Source of the DNA: Polyangiaceae bacterium
GTDB lineage: Bacteria; Myxococcota_A; Polyangia; Polyangiales; Polyangiaceae
Direction: 5' to 3'
Assembly: GCA_044376115.1 (NCBI GenBank)
Contig: JBILLK010000008.1
Span: 192,001 to 256,000, forward strand
DNA: 64,000 bases
Shown: positions 19,217-29,020 of the stretch, piece by piece
Layout of the letters: every line of letters starts with the position of its first letter
Numbering within the stretch: position 1 is the first letter of the stretch
Program-made: the position numbers and the translations under genes
Notes under the pieces: generated by a model
Databases searched by the model: none
Seen by the model: the letters and a program-made list of their open reading frames with translations, nothing else
What the model was told of the DNA's origin: nothing

Positions 19217-21178
19217 TTACGGGCTTGCCTGTTTGCCCGACTCGGCGAGCGCGAGGTTGGCGAGCTTGCGCAGTCGCACGTAAGGAACCGCGCCAGAGAC
19301 GCGATAGCCATTCACTAAGCTCATCGGCGTGCCGGTGAGCCCGAGGCCCTCGGCGAGGGCGATCTCCTCGTCGAGCTGCGCTCCGTACGACTCATTCTCG
19401 AAGGCGGCTGCGAGCTTCGACGCGTCGAGGCCGGAGTCAGTGAAGGCCTGCGCAATCACGTCATCGGTCAGCGCGCCCTCCAAGCTGAAGAGCTTGTCGG
19501 AGAACTTCCAAAAGCCGCTTTGGCCCTTCTGTTTGAGCGCCTCGAGCCCTGCGAGTGAGGCGCGTCGCGCGCGAGCCCCACGCAGCGGATGGGGGTGGAA
19601 CACGACCTGCAGCTTGCCTTTGAACTCCTGCTCCAAGCGCGTCAGCGTCTTGGCGTGCACGCGGCAGTAGTGGCACTCGAAGTCGGCGAAGATGTGCACC
19701 ACCAAGGGCGCATCCGTCGGCCCGCGAGCAGCTGCCGCTTTGCCGATGCTGGGCGCTTTCACGCGAGGGGGTAACGGCGCGACAAAGCCCTCGCGGATGA
19801 TGTTGGCGTAAAGATCCGAAGCTGCGACGCCGGTGGCTCGCAGCTGCTCAGCGTGCTTGAGCTCTTCATCGATCGCCGCGCGAAACGCCGCTTCGGGAAC
19901 GGCGCCGACGAGCGCACGACCGTTGATGAAGAAGGTCGGCGTCGAGCGAGCTCCCACCTCATCGGCGGCCAGCAGATCCGCTTCCACCGTGGCCAGCTCG
20001 CGACGCTCCGCAACAGCAGCGACGGCCTCGTTCGGATCCAGCCCGAGTTTGCGCGCAATGTCGAAGAAGGTCTGCTCGCTGAGCTCCCGCGCGAAGAGCT
20101 CATCATGCGCTAGAAAGAAAGCCTTTTCACCGAGCTTTCGCTGCACGAAGGCAGCGAACAAACTCGCCTTCAAACCGTCATCATGGGAGGGCAGCGGGTT
20201 GTGCTTGAAGACGAAGCGTAGCTTGCCCGGGTAAGCCTGCTGCAACGACCTCAGCGTCGTTTGGGCGTCGCGACAATGTGGGCATTGAAAATCGGAGAAG
20301 GCCACGATCGTGACCGGTGCATCGCTGGGCCCGAGCGTGGGCGAACCATCGATCGCCACTTTGAACACCGACTCGGTGGCTCGCGGCAGCTCTTCCTCCG
20401 CCGCAACCTCCGCATCGCCGTCCGAAGGCGCGGCCGGGCTCCCCCACAACAGCGCATCGTTCTCGGCGGCGACGCGCATACGCGCGACGTTGGCGTCGGG
20501 CATCGACATACCGGTGGCTAAGAGCGGCGCTACGGCTGCGCGCTCCTCGGCGATGGCCGCGCGGATCGTCTCGAGATCCTTCGCCCCGACCATGCGACGC
20601 CCATTGATGAACAGCGTGGGCAAAGCGTTGATACCCAACGCCGAACCCATCTCCACGCTCGATCGCACGCGGTCCACCCCGAACTCCTGCGAGGCCTCCG
20701 CGATCGCACGCGTATCGGCGTCGATCAACGTGCGCGCCTTTTGTAGACCGAGCGCGACGCGGGCGTGCATCGACTGGCCAATCAGTTCATCGGCATAAAC
20801 GCTGTCGTGGAAGGTCCAGAACGCCGCATCACCGCCGAGCTCACGCACGCCATGAGCGAGCACCGCCGCCGAGACCGCGTCTTCATCGTTCATCGGCAAG
20901 TGCTTCCAAACCACGCGAAAGCCACCGTCTTTGTTCTCCTCGAGCAGCTTCTGTAGAAAGCCGTTCGCCCGCCGACAGTGCATACAGGCGTAATCACCAA
21001 ACACGATCACCGTGACCGGCGCCATGGCTGGCCCGCGGGTCGGATCCTCCGCGGAGACGGTGAGCGCTAGCTGCTTCTCCGGGGCCGCTTCTTCAGCGTC
21101 GGGAGCGCGAGAGCCTGCGGGAGCTGGCTGACAACCGAGGCCGAGGACGATCGAGGCAAGGAGGAATCGAAGCTTCAC
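19217..21178 (-). CDS. Lipoprotein with three tandem DsbA/thioredoxin-like domains
   Basis: FGDYACMHC, FSDFQCPHC and FADFECHYC, each followed by a cis-Pro motif (LPTLFING, TPTFFING, TPMSLVNG); lipobox GLGC. Confidence 0.9.
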   Translation of the reverse strand: MKLRFLLASIVLGLGCQPAPAGSRAPDAEEAAPEKQLALTVSAEDPTRGPAMAPVTVIVFGDYACMHCRRANGFLQKLLEENKDGGFRVVWKHLPMNDEDAVSAAVLAHGVRELGGDAAFWTFHDSVYADELIGQSMHARVALGLQKARTLIDADTRAIAEASQEFGVDRVRSSVEMGSALGINALPTLFINGRRMVGAKDLETIRAAIAEERAAVAPLLATGMSMPDANVARMRVAAENDALLWGSPAAPSDGDAEVAAEEELPRATESVFKVAIDGSPTLGPSDAPVTIVAFSDFQCPHCRDAQTTLRSLQQAYPGKLRFVFKHNPLPSHDDGLKASLFAAFVQRKLGEKAFFLAHDELFARELSEQTFFDIARKLGLDPNEAVAAVAERRELATVEADLLAADEVGARSTPTFFINGRALVGAVPEAAFRAAIDEELKHAEQLRATGVAASDLYANIIREGFVAPLPPRVKAPSIGKAAAARGPTDAPLVVHIFADFECHYCRVHAKTLTRLEQEFKGKLQVVFHPHPLRGARARRASLAGLEALKQKGQSGFWKFSDKLFSLEGALTDDVIAQAFTDSGLDASKLAAAFENESYGAQLDEEIALAEGLGLTGTPMSLVNGYRVSGAVPYVRLRKLANLALAESGKQASP

Positions 21179-22275
21179 GAGGAGAGGGCCTTTCGTTGGC
21201 CGGGTTTGGGTGCGCGTGGACCACCGCCCTTGCGCGTCACCGTCAACAAGGAGGTACGCGTGTTGGGAGCTAGTTCCAAGGTATCGAGGTCGCCGGCTAC
21301 GAGCTTCACGGCCCCGGCATAGGCGATCATCGCGGCGTTGTCGGTGCAGCTCGCCAGCGGGGGAATGAAGACCGAAATACCGAACGCCTTCGCTCGCTCG
21401 CGAAAGCGCGCCGCGAGGGCCGAGTTGGCCGCGACGCCACCGCCTACGACTACGGTGGAGAGGCCTTCTGCGCTCGCCGCGCTCAGCGTCTTCTCGACCA
21501 AGATCTTCACCACATGCCCTTGGAACGCCGCAGCGATGTCACAGCGCGCTTGCTCGGTCTCACAGCCATTGAGCTCAACGAACCGAGCCACTGCGCTCTT
21601 TAGCCCGCTGAAGGACATCTCGTAACGATTGGGCCCACGCAGCCCCGGTTGGAAGGTGAACCCAGCGCGCGCCGGATCACCGAGCCGGGCCAATCGATCC
21701 ACCACAGGTCCCCCCGGATAACCCAGCCCCAAGAGCTTAGCGACCTTGTCGAAGGCCTCCCCAGCAGCGTCATCGCGCGTGGCTCCGAGCTCACGAACCG
21801 CGTTGAGACTCGGACCGTCAACGCGATAAATCGCCGTGTGTCCGCCGGAGACGAGCAGCGCGGCGAAGGGAAAGCTCGGCCGCTCCACGCTCGCCCCGGG
21901 CCGCTGCAAAAAGACCGCCAAGAGATGCCCCACCAAATGGTCGACGCCGATCAGCGACTTGTCGAGCGACCACGCCAGCCCTTTGGCCGTCATCAACCCA
22001 ACCAGCAGCGCACCCATCAGCCCCGGCCGATTGGTCGCGGCGATCGCGTCAACGTCCTGCAATTTGATCCCAGCCACGCGCACCGCCTCACGCACCACCT
22101 CCGGCAGGTGACGCGCGTGATCACGAGCTGCGATCTCCGGCACCACACCGCCGTACGGAATGAACGATTCGACCTGGCTCTTCACCACATCCGAAAGCAC
22201 CCTGCCGTCCTCGTCGACGACGGCAGCAGCGGTCTCGTCGCACGAGGTCTCAATACCAAGAACCAGCCGTTTCAT
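21175..22275 (-). CDS. tsaD: tRNA N6-adenosine threonylcarbamoyltransferase TsaD
   Basis: VLGIETSCDETAAA, GGVVPEIAARDH, HLVGH, LLVSGGHT, DDAAGEAFDK, SFSGLKS, CTDNAAMIA. Confidence 0.96.
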   Translation of the reverse strand: MKRLVLGIETSCDETAAAVVDEDGRVLSDVVKSQVESFIPYGGVVPEIAARDHARHLPEVVREAVRVAGIKLQDVDAIAATNRPGLMGALLVGLMTAKGLAWSLDKSLIGVDHLVGHLLAVFLQRPGASVERPSFPFAALLVSGGHTAIYRVDGPSLNAVRELGATRDDAAGEAFDKVAKLLGLGYPGGPVVDRLARLGDPARAGFTFQPGLRGPNRYEMSFSGLKSAVARFVELNGCETEQARCDIAAAFQGHVVKILVEKTLSAASAEGLSTVVVGGGVAANSALAARFRERAKAFGISVFIPPLASCTDNAAMIAYAGAVKLVAGDLDTLELAPNTRTSLLTVTRKGGGPRAPKPGQRKALSS

Positions 22276-25200
22276 TGGGCCATCAGCGTCTGAGCAGCCT
22301 TGCGCACCTGCTCCTCGGGATCTTCGGTTGCGCGCGAGCGAATGAACGCGGCAGCGTCTTTGCCCGCCACGCTGTGAAGGGCTTGCAGCGCTGTTTCGCG
22401 GACCAGCGCGTAGCTGTCCCCGGTCGCGATCTTCTCCAGCGCAGCCACCGTTTGCGCAGTCAACGCGTCCCCGCGCACAGCCGCGAGCGCGGCGGCCGCA
22501 CGCGAACGAATCGACCAACTGCCCGCCGAACGAGCGAGCTCGATCACCGCTTCACACAGCTCCTGGTTGGTGATCTCGCCAATGGCAGATAGAGCGGTTC
22601 GCTTCTGTTCATCGTCCCCGTCGACCAAAGCACGCGCCAAACCGCGCGCGGCCTCCGGGCTCGTGGACGAAGAGAGCACGCGAGCGGACTGAGCCTGGAC
22701 CTGGGCATTGGGGTGATTGAGCAGTAAGACGAAGCCCGGAATGACCTCCGCGCGAATCGAATCGGTGGCGGTCTTGGCCCGCTCGCGCGAGCCCTCTGCG
22801 AGCTCCACCGCCTTGCTGAAGTTCTTGAACACCTCACCACTCGTGAGTGCATCGGCCACAGCACCGGCTCGCTCGGGCGAGAGAGCCACCGCCGACTTTG
22901 CCACCTCACGCAGCGTCGGAGCCAGCGCGACCAACACCTGAACGCGCAGCTCGGGACGCGGATCCGCAGGCAAAAACCCGGCGAAAGCCGCCTTCAGCTC
23001 GAGCTTGCCGTCTGGCGTCACGAGCGGCTCCCCGGCCAACCCAAGGTTCTTGTCCAACATCGTGGCCGCCGCGCGAATGGCCTGCTCGGCCAGCATCGCG
23101 TCCGAATCGAACATCGCCTCGGCCAGCGCGCGGGTGACGGTCTGCTCGAAGTCCTTGCCCTCGGCTCCGTCAGCGCGTGCAAGCCGAGCCGCGGTGACCA
23201 GCGCCGCTCTTCGCAGCTGCGTATCTCCGCTGCTGAGCGCTGCGCCAACAGCCTCACGCAGCTCCTTGCTCACCGGCGCGCCGCTCGTCTCCACCAAATG
23301 ACCCAGCGCGAGGAAGCCCGCAGCACGCGCCGAAGGCCCGCTCTCGATCTCACGCGAGAGCTTGAGCAACCGTGCGACGTGCTTCTTGTTCTTCGACAGA
23401 CCCAAGCCGAGCGCGGCCATCCCGCGCACCTCCGGCGAGCCGGAGTCGAGCAACTTGACCAGCAGCTCCTCAGCCTTGGTTCCGCCCATGCGTGCGACCG
23501 ACCAAGCCGCAGCCAGCGCCAGCTCATCCGAAGGAAGCAGCGAACTCCCGGCGTCACTCGGCGCCAGCAACGCGCTCAACTTGGGCAAGAGCTCCGGCTC
23601 GCGCAACGCTCCAACCGCGACCATCGCGCGCGTGCGCAGCGACTTCTCCGATTGACCGGTAGCGAAGTTGAACAGCGTCGCAGCGGCGCTCTTGTTCTGG
23701 ACGTACGCCAAGATCTCGATCGCGATCCGCTGTTGCGCTTCGCGGTCGTCTGCGAGCGCATCGAGCAGCGGCTTCAACGCGCGGCTACCAACCAACGCCA
23801 GCTCTTTGCGGGCGCCGGCGATCTCCTCGGGCGACTTACCGAACTTGACCTTCTGCACCATCGGCAAGGTCAATGCGCCGTAAATCTCGATCAAGAGCCG
23901 GCGATAAATGGGCCGCTGCGGATTACCAACCGCCACCGGCAAGAGCTCGCGTTCGAGCGACTCCAGCGTGCCTTTGCCGAGGTTGATCTGAATCGACATG
24001 CGCGCCGCGCGCGAGAGCAGCTCTTCATCCGGGCTCGAGCGCGCGACCCGGCGAAACAGCTTGTCCGCCTCGGCGCTATCACCCGACGCCAATAGCAATT
24101 CAGCCAAGGTGAAGTAGACCGGGAACAGCCGATCATTGCGCGCGATCGCCGCGCGATACTCTGCCATCGCCTTCTCGGTGTCTTGGCGCTTCTTGTACAT
24201 ATCGCCGAGCTTCTGATGCCCGTGCGCGTCCTCCGGGGCGAGCTCCACAGCCTTGGCCGCATAACGAATCGCGTCGTCATCACGGAAGCTGTCTACGGCG
24301 TATTGCGCCATCCGCTGGTAGTACTGGCGCGCCGACTTGTCATTGCGGTCGGCGAGCTTCTGCAACACCGCGATAGCGCCTTCGAGATCGTGCTGTTGCA
24401 CGCGCACCCGCTCCAGCGCCAACAAGGACGACTCATCGCCCGGGTCCTTCTCCGCCACCACCGACAGCGTCGCCTCAGCCTCGGTCAGCTTGCCGAGCTT
24501 GCGCTGCACCTCGGCGAGCAAGCGCCCCGCCTCGAGATCCGGAGGGTCGGAGCCGAAGCGCGCCGCGAGTGGGGCCAGTCGAGCCGGGAGTTCCTTCTGC
24601 ACCGACCACACACTGACGATGTGCGTGCGCGCTTCACGCGCCAGATTCAGATCCGTCCCGGCGGCGAGCAGCAGCTCCTCCCAAAGCGTAACCGCCTCCG
24701 CGAAGCGCTCGCGCGGCGCGGCACTGCCGGGCGCCGTACGCTCCAGCGCGATCGCCAACGCCTTCTTCAGGTGAATGCTCTTCGGATCGGCGCTGACCGC
24801 ATCGCGATAGGCGGCGATGGCCTCATCGGCCATATCGTGATCGAGGTAGACTTTGCCCAGGGCCGAGCTCGCCTGCGCCCGATTGGGCACCACCGACTTG
24901 ATCCTTAACCAGGTATCCGCGGCCTTCTTCTTATCGCCCTGTTGGTAATAACGGTCGCCGAGATCGACCAAGAAGGTCGGGTCGGACGATTGCGAGTTAG
25001 CGACGCGCTGCAATAGCGCGAGCGCCTTGTCCTTCTCCTCGACGCGCTCATAGAAATTCGCCACCGCCGCCAGAATGTCCGGCTCTTGGGTGCGCGACTC
25101 GAGCTCCTTCAGCACCTTGAGCGCCTTCGGCCGATCACCTCGCTGAATCAGCGTCTCGCACAGCTCAAAGACGAAGTTGGGGTTGCCCGGCGCGGCGCGC

Positions 25201-26426
25201 ACCAGCGCCTCCGACTCGACGATCGCCTCTTCGAGCTTGCCCGCCGTCTGCAACAGATGAACCACGCGCACGCGTGTATCGATATGCGAACCGTCCGCCG
25301 ATAGCGCCGCGCGGAAGGTCTCTAACGCTTTATCGACATTGCCCGTCTCTTCATACAGGCCGGCGAGCGTGGACAGCCGCTGGAAGTCACGGCCCTTCTC
25401 CTTCTCGAGGATCTCCACCAGCTCGGCGAGCTTGCCGTCCGCGCGAAACGCCTCGGTCATCACCGAGAGGATCTCCGCGCGAATACCGGACGCGCTGCCC
25501 GCGGCCGAGAGCGCCTTCTTCAACGTCTCCAGCGCCTCGCTCGTCTTCTTCTGCTTCGCTAACGCATTACCGAGATCCTTCAGCGCCGGCGCGACTGCGC
25601 GATTGTCACCCTGCGCGACCTTCACCACCGTGCGGAACTCGGTCTCGGCCTCTTCATAAAGGCCGCGCGACATCATCTCGCGGCCGAGCTCGGCTTGGAT
25701 GAAGAGCGAGTTCTGACCGCCCTTGACCAACGCTGCATGGTGTTTGCGCGCAGCCTCGAGATCCTTGAGGTCGAGCGAGAGCTGCATCAAGAGCCGCGTC
25801 GTCTGCTCGACCTCGGCGCTCTCTTTGAGCAGCGGCAAGGCCGCCTGATACCGCGTGCGCGCCTCCTCCTTGTTGCCGCGGTCTTGTTCGAGCTGGGCCA
25901 ACGCGAGCAGCGGCGCGCTCTCTTTGGGCTTGGCCGCAACAGCGGCCTCGTACTTGGCAACGGCCTCCGGCATCTGCCCGTCGATCTTGAGGATGCCGGC
26001 CAAAGCCACCGTCGCCGCCCAGGCCTCGTCTCCGGTGCCGGCCGCGCGCTTCTCAAAATCCTCGATCAGCTTCTTGAGGTTGCCGTCGCGATCGCGATGC
26101 AGCTGAGCCAGGCGCTGCAACGGAAAGGGCGCTGGCTGTGCGAGCACGATGGCGGTGTAGCGCGCAATCAGGGCCTCCGGCTTCTTGCTGCCGTCTTCCC
26201 CGTCCCCCGGTTTGGCCGTGGGGTTGCCGTTGGTCGGATTGCCGTTGTTGGGACCAGCGCCGGGCTTGGCAGGCTTACCGCCTGCGCCTGGCTTGTTTCC
26301 GCCCGGCTTCTTCGGCTTTCTGCGGCCGCTGACGTCGAAATCCCCCGCCTGGGCCGGGTTTGCATCCAGCAGACAAACCGGCGCTAGCAGGGCCCAAGCC
26401 AGGGCAAAGACAGGAAGGCGACGCAC
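22272..26426 (-). CDS. Large exported TPR- and HEAT-repeat protein (1384 aa)
   Basis: Signal peptide; long run of TPR-like helices; C-terminal HEAT/PBS repeats (LLDSGSPEVRGMAALGLG, DPEEQVRKAA); ATGA overlap with tsaD. Confidence 0.85.
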   Translation of the reverse strand: MRRLPVFALAWALLAPVCLLDANPAQAGDFDVSGRRKPKKPGGNKPGAGGKPAKPGAGPNNGNPTNGNPTAKPGDGEDGSKKPEALIARYTAIVLAQPAPFPLQRLAQLHRDRDGNLKKLIEDFEKRAAGTGDEAWAATVALAGILKIDGQMPEAVAKYEAAVAAKPKESAPLLALAQLEQDRGNKEEARTRYQAALPLLKESAEVEQTTRLLMQLSLDLKDLEAARKHHAALVKGGQNSLFIQAELGREMMSRGLYEEAETEFRTVVKVAQGDNRAVAPALKDLGNALAKQKKTSEALETLKKALSAAGSASGIRAEILSVMTEAFRADGKLAELVEILEKEKGRDFQRLSTLAGLYEETGNVDKALETFRAALSADGSHIDTRVRVVHLLQTAGKLEEAIVESEALVRAAPGNPNFVFELCETLIQRGDRPKALKVLKELESRTQEPDILAAVANFYERVEEKDKALALLQRVANSQSSDPTFLVDLGDRYYQQGDKKKAADTWLRIKSVVPNRAQASSALGKVYLDHDMADEAIAAYRDAVSADPKSIHLKKALAIALERTAPGSAAPRERFAEAVTLWEELLLAAGTDLNLAREARTHIVSVWSVQKELPARLAPLAARFGSDPPDLEAGRLLAEVQRKLGKLTEAEATLSVVAEKDPGDESSLLALERVRVQQHDLEGAIAVLQKLADRNDKSARQYYQRMAQYAVDSFRDDDAIRYAAKAVELAPEDAHGHQKLGDMYKKRQDTEKAMAEYRAAIARNDRLFPVYFTLAELLLASGDSAEADKLFRRVARSSPDEELLSRAARMSIQINLGKGTLESLERELLPVAVGNPQRPIYRRLLIEIYGALTLPMVQKVKFGKSPEEIAGARKELALVGSRALKPLLDALADDREAQQRIAIEILAYVQNKSAAATLFNFATGQSEKSLRTRAMVAVGALREPELLPKLSALLAPSDAGSSLLPSDELALAAAWSVARMGGTKAEELLVKLLDSGSPEVRGMAALGLGLSKNKKHVARLLKLSREIESGPSARAAGFLALGHLVETSGAPVSKELREAVGAALSSGDTQLRRAALVTAARLARADGAEGKDFEQTVTRALAEAMFDSDAMLAEQAIRAAATMLDKNLGLAGEPLVTPDGKLELKAAFAGFLPADPRPELRVQVLVALAPTLREVAKSAVALSPERAGAVADALTSGEVFKNFSKAVELAEGSRERAKTATDSIRAEVIPGFVLLLNHPNAQVQAQSARVLSSSTSPEAARGLARALVDGDDEQKRTALSAIGEITNQELCEAVIELARSAGSWSIRSRAAAALAAVRGDALTAQTVAALEKIATGDSYALVRETALQALHSVAGKDAAAFIRSRATEDPEEQVRKAAQTLMAQ

Positions 26427-26495
26427 AGCCCGAAGCCTACTCGCAGAGTGCCGCCTGAGCCAGCCGGGACCTCAAACAGACGAGCCTCGCGCGCT

Positions 26496-28307
26496 TCATC
26501 CAGCGCTCAAGCGAAAGTGCAGGCTGCGCGCCGCCGTCTCCACCGCCTCGGAGAAGGCAGGCGTATTCAGGCTTTGCTTCATTCGTTCGCTCACCGGAAG
26601 CACAACGCGCCCTGGGACGTACTTCACGACCTCCTGCGTGGTCGCATCGATCAGCTGGCCGGTGCCAACCGCGACCGCCGCCTCGAACGGCAGCATCGAG
26701 GAGGTCGCCTGGCTCAACGCGAGAAACCGCGCTTCGTCGAGTGGGGACTGAAAGCGAAACAGCCGGCGCGCCTTCTGCGCCACATGGAAGTGCGACGGGA
26801 TCGCCGCGAGGCCGTCGAGCTCGAGACGCTCGGCGGCCATCACCAGCATACCGACCACAATATCGAGACAACCGAGCCCCGGGAACTTCTGCCCCGGCAG
26901 CAGCGGGCGCTCGGCCTTTCGGCGCGGATCTTGGAGCAACAGCCACTCAATCGATAGCAGCCGATAGTCGTCTACGACGACCGTCTCGAGCACCAACTCC
27001 ACCAAGAGTTCGCGCTTTTGCTCATCTGCATAGTAACGCAAGCTGTGCCGGCCCAGCGTCTCCGGCTCTGGATCGACGTAAGGCCGCTCGTAGCCGCGCT
27101 CACGCAGCTTGGCCAATAGGCCATAACGCTCCGAGGCGACCTCCAGCCCGAAGGCTGAATAGTAGCCTAAAAAGCCTGGACTCGGCGTCTTCGCCACCAA
27201 ATCGCCGAACAGGTCTCGCTCGCTGATACCGTAGTTGTCCCCGGGCGCGTCATCGGACTCCCGCAGCGTACGCGGTGAAAGCTCGTCGCGAATCGTGCGG
27301 AAGGCCGCGAGCTTGACCTCCTCGGTGCTGGCGATGGCGCGGTCCTCGCCGGTGAGCTGCCACACGATCGTGCGCGCTGGGTGGCGCCACGCCTCGAGCC
27401 CATATCCGCCGGCCAAACAAACCACCGTGGGGATCTTGGAGACCGCGTCCAAGATCGTCCGGTCTCGACGCGCTAGTGCGTCATCCGATACCCGAAAGGT
27501 GCCGATCGCGTCGGACGCAGCGATGTCTGCGCCGGCTAAATAGAATACGAGGTCCGGCCGAGAGCGCTGCAAGGCCTCCTCGAAGGTCTCACGCAACGCC
27601 CGTAAATAGGTAAAGGAGCTCGTGCCGGGAGAGAGCTCCACGTCCAGGTTCATCACCGCCGGTTCACGCGAGAGCGACTCAACGTGAATCGAGTAGGTAA
27701 AGACGTCCTTGTCATCGGCAAAAAGCTCGCGGTTCCCGTCCCCTTGATGCAGGTCGAGATCGACGATCAGCACGCGGCCCGTAAAGCCCGCTTTGCGCAA
27801 GACGGCGATGGCGATCGGGATGTCGGCGAGCGCACAGAAGCCGGAACCACTACCCTTGTGAGCGTGGTGAAAGCCGCCGCCCAAATTGAAGATCGGCGTG
27901 GTGATGAAGGTGTGCCGCAGCGCCCATTGGCTCGCGAGCACGGTGCCGCCGCAGGCCCACATCGCCGCCGACAAAAGTTCACGCGGCTGCGCTCGGGTTT
28001 GCACCAGCGGGAACATGCGCGCGAGGTTCTCCGGCTGATCGAGGCTCTCGAGGTACTCGGGCGTATGCACCAGCAAGGCATCTTTTAGCGCTAGGCATTG
28101 CGGCACGAGCACCTCGTCGGCTCTGAGCGCGGCCTCCGCTATCAAGTAATTGAGGATGCGCTCACCGCGTTGCCCATCCAGCACGCCTTCCAGCAATACG
28201 CTGTAGCGTGGGTGGAAGACCACCCGTGCGCCGGGCACACGCAACGTCCTTTGCCAGCGCCGTACCGCTCGGTGAAGACCACGCTGGAGCGGCCGCAAGA
28301 GTTTCAT
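26496..28307 (-). CDS. Zn-dependent histone-deacetylase-family protein with a C-terminal probable GNAT-fold domain
   Basis: GGGFHHA, GFC, DLDLHQGDG, GADIAASD and AGGY motifs intact; extra C-terminal domain of about 270 aa; start re-called at MKLLRP (ATGA overlap). Confidence 0.88.
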   Translation of the reverse strand: MKLLRPLQRGLHRAVRRWQRTLRVPGARVVFHPRYSVLLEGVLDGQRGERILNYLIAEAALRADEVLVPQCLALKDALLVHTPEYLESLDQPENLARMFPLVQTRAQPRELLSAAMWACGGTVLASQWALRHTFITTPIFNLGGGFHHAHKGSGSGFCALADIPIAIAVLRKAGFTGRVLIVDLDLHQGDGNRELFADDKDVFTYSIHVESLSREPAVMNLDVELSPGTSSFTYLRALRETFEEALQRSRPDLVFYLAGADIAASDAIGTFRVSDDALARRDRTILDAVSKIPTVVCLAGGYGLEAWRHPARTIVWQLTGEDRAIASTEEVKLAAFRTIRDELSPRTLRESDDAPGDNYGISERDLFGDLVAKTPSPGFLGYYSAFGLEVASERYGLLAKLRERGYERPYVDPEPETLGRHSLRYYADEQKRELLVELVLETVVVDDYRLLSIEWLLLQDPRRKAERPLLPGQKFPGLGCLDIVVGMLVMAAERLELDGLAAIPSHFHVAQKARRLFRFQSPLDEARFLALSQATSSMLPFEAAVAVGTGQLIDATTQEVVKYVPGRVVLPVSERMKQSLNTPAFSEAVETAARSLHFRLSAG

Positions 28308-28972
28308 GAAGGCAATGCGCGCTCCCGCGAAATCCGTAAATGTCGGGCCGAGCACGGCTCAACGACGGCTCCCTCGAGCTCCGCCGCCTGCACGATGGAC
28401 TGGGCTTCTTCAACCGTGAGAGCGGCACACAAGGAGTCAAAGAATAGGCCTCGCTGTCGCGCCGAATCGTCGGGCGAGACGCTATCCACGATGGCCCACG
28501 CCGCCTCGGTCGTCAGCGGCCGAAACAGGTCCATCAGCAGCAAAGCGCCGTGCGGGGCGAGCAGCCGCTTCATCTCGCGCAGGAGCTTTGTCGGCTCGGC
28601 CAGGTGGTGCATCGTCGAGTTCGACATCACGAGGTCGAAGCTCCCTGCAGGAAGGCCTGTGGCCTTGACGTCGGCCTGCAACAACGTGACCCGCTCGCTG
28701 AGCCCCAAGCGCGCGAGCTTCACCCGCGCGAGGTCGAGCATACTGGCAGCGAGGTCGACGCAAAGGAAGCGGGCGTTGGGCAAGAGCCCGGCCATCAGAA
28801 TAGCGATGTTGCAAGGCCCACAGCCGAGGTCGACGATGGTTACCTCACCGTTACCCACCATGCTCGCCGCACGCTCGGCGAAGGCTCGGTCCGATTGCGC
28901 GAAGTCCATCGCGTCGTACTCACGAGCCTCCTCTTCACTATCCATCACTTCCGGTTCGAGCACCCGTTCCAC
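28304..28972 (-). CDS. Class I SAM-dependent methyltransferase
   Basis: RVLEPEVMD...YDAMD, VDLGCGP, VDLAASML, FDLVMSNSTMHH. Confidence 0.9.
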   Translation of the reverse strand: MERVLEPEVMDSEEEAREYDAMDFAQSDRAFAERAASMVGNGEVTIVDLGCGPCNIAILMAGLLPNARFLCVDLAASMLDLARVKLARLGLSERVTLLQADVKATGLPAGSFDLVMSNSTMHHLAEPTKLLREMKRLLAPHGALLLMDLFRPLTTEAAWAIVDSVSPDDSARQRGLFFDSLCAALTVEEAQSIVQAAELEGAVVEPCSARHLRISRERALPS

Positions 28973-29020
28973 AGCGTCTCCTACTTTCGGTCCGAGGTCT
29001 CGTGCGGGTCCAGCATGCGG

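Noticed and set aside
22276..22518. Extended tsaD N-terminus in the ORF track
   Set aside because: TsaD homology starts at MKRLVLGIETS (22275), which gives an ATGA overlap.
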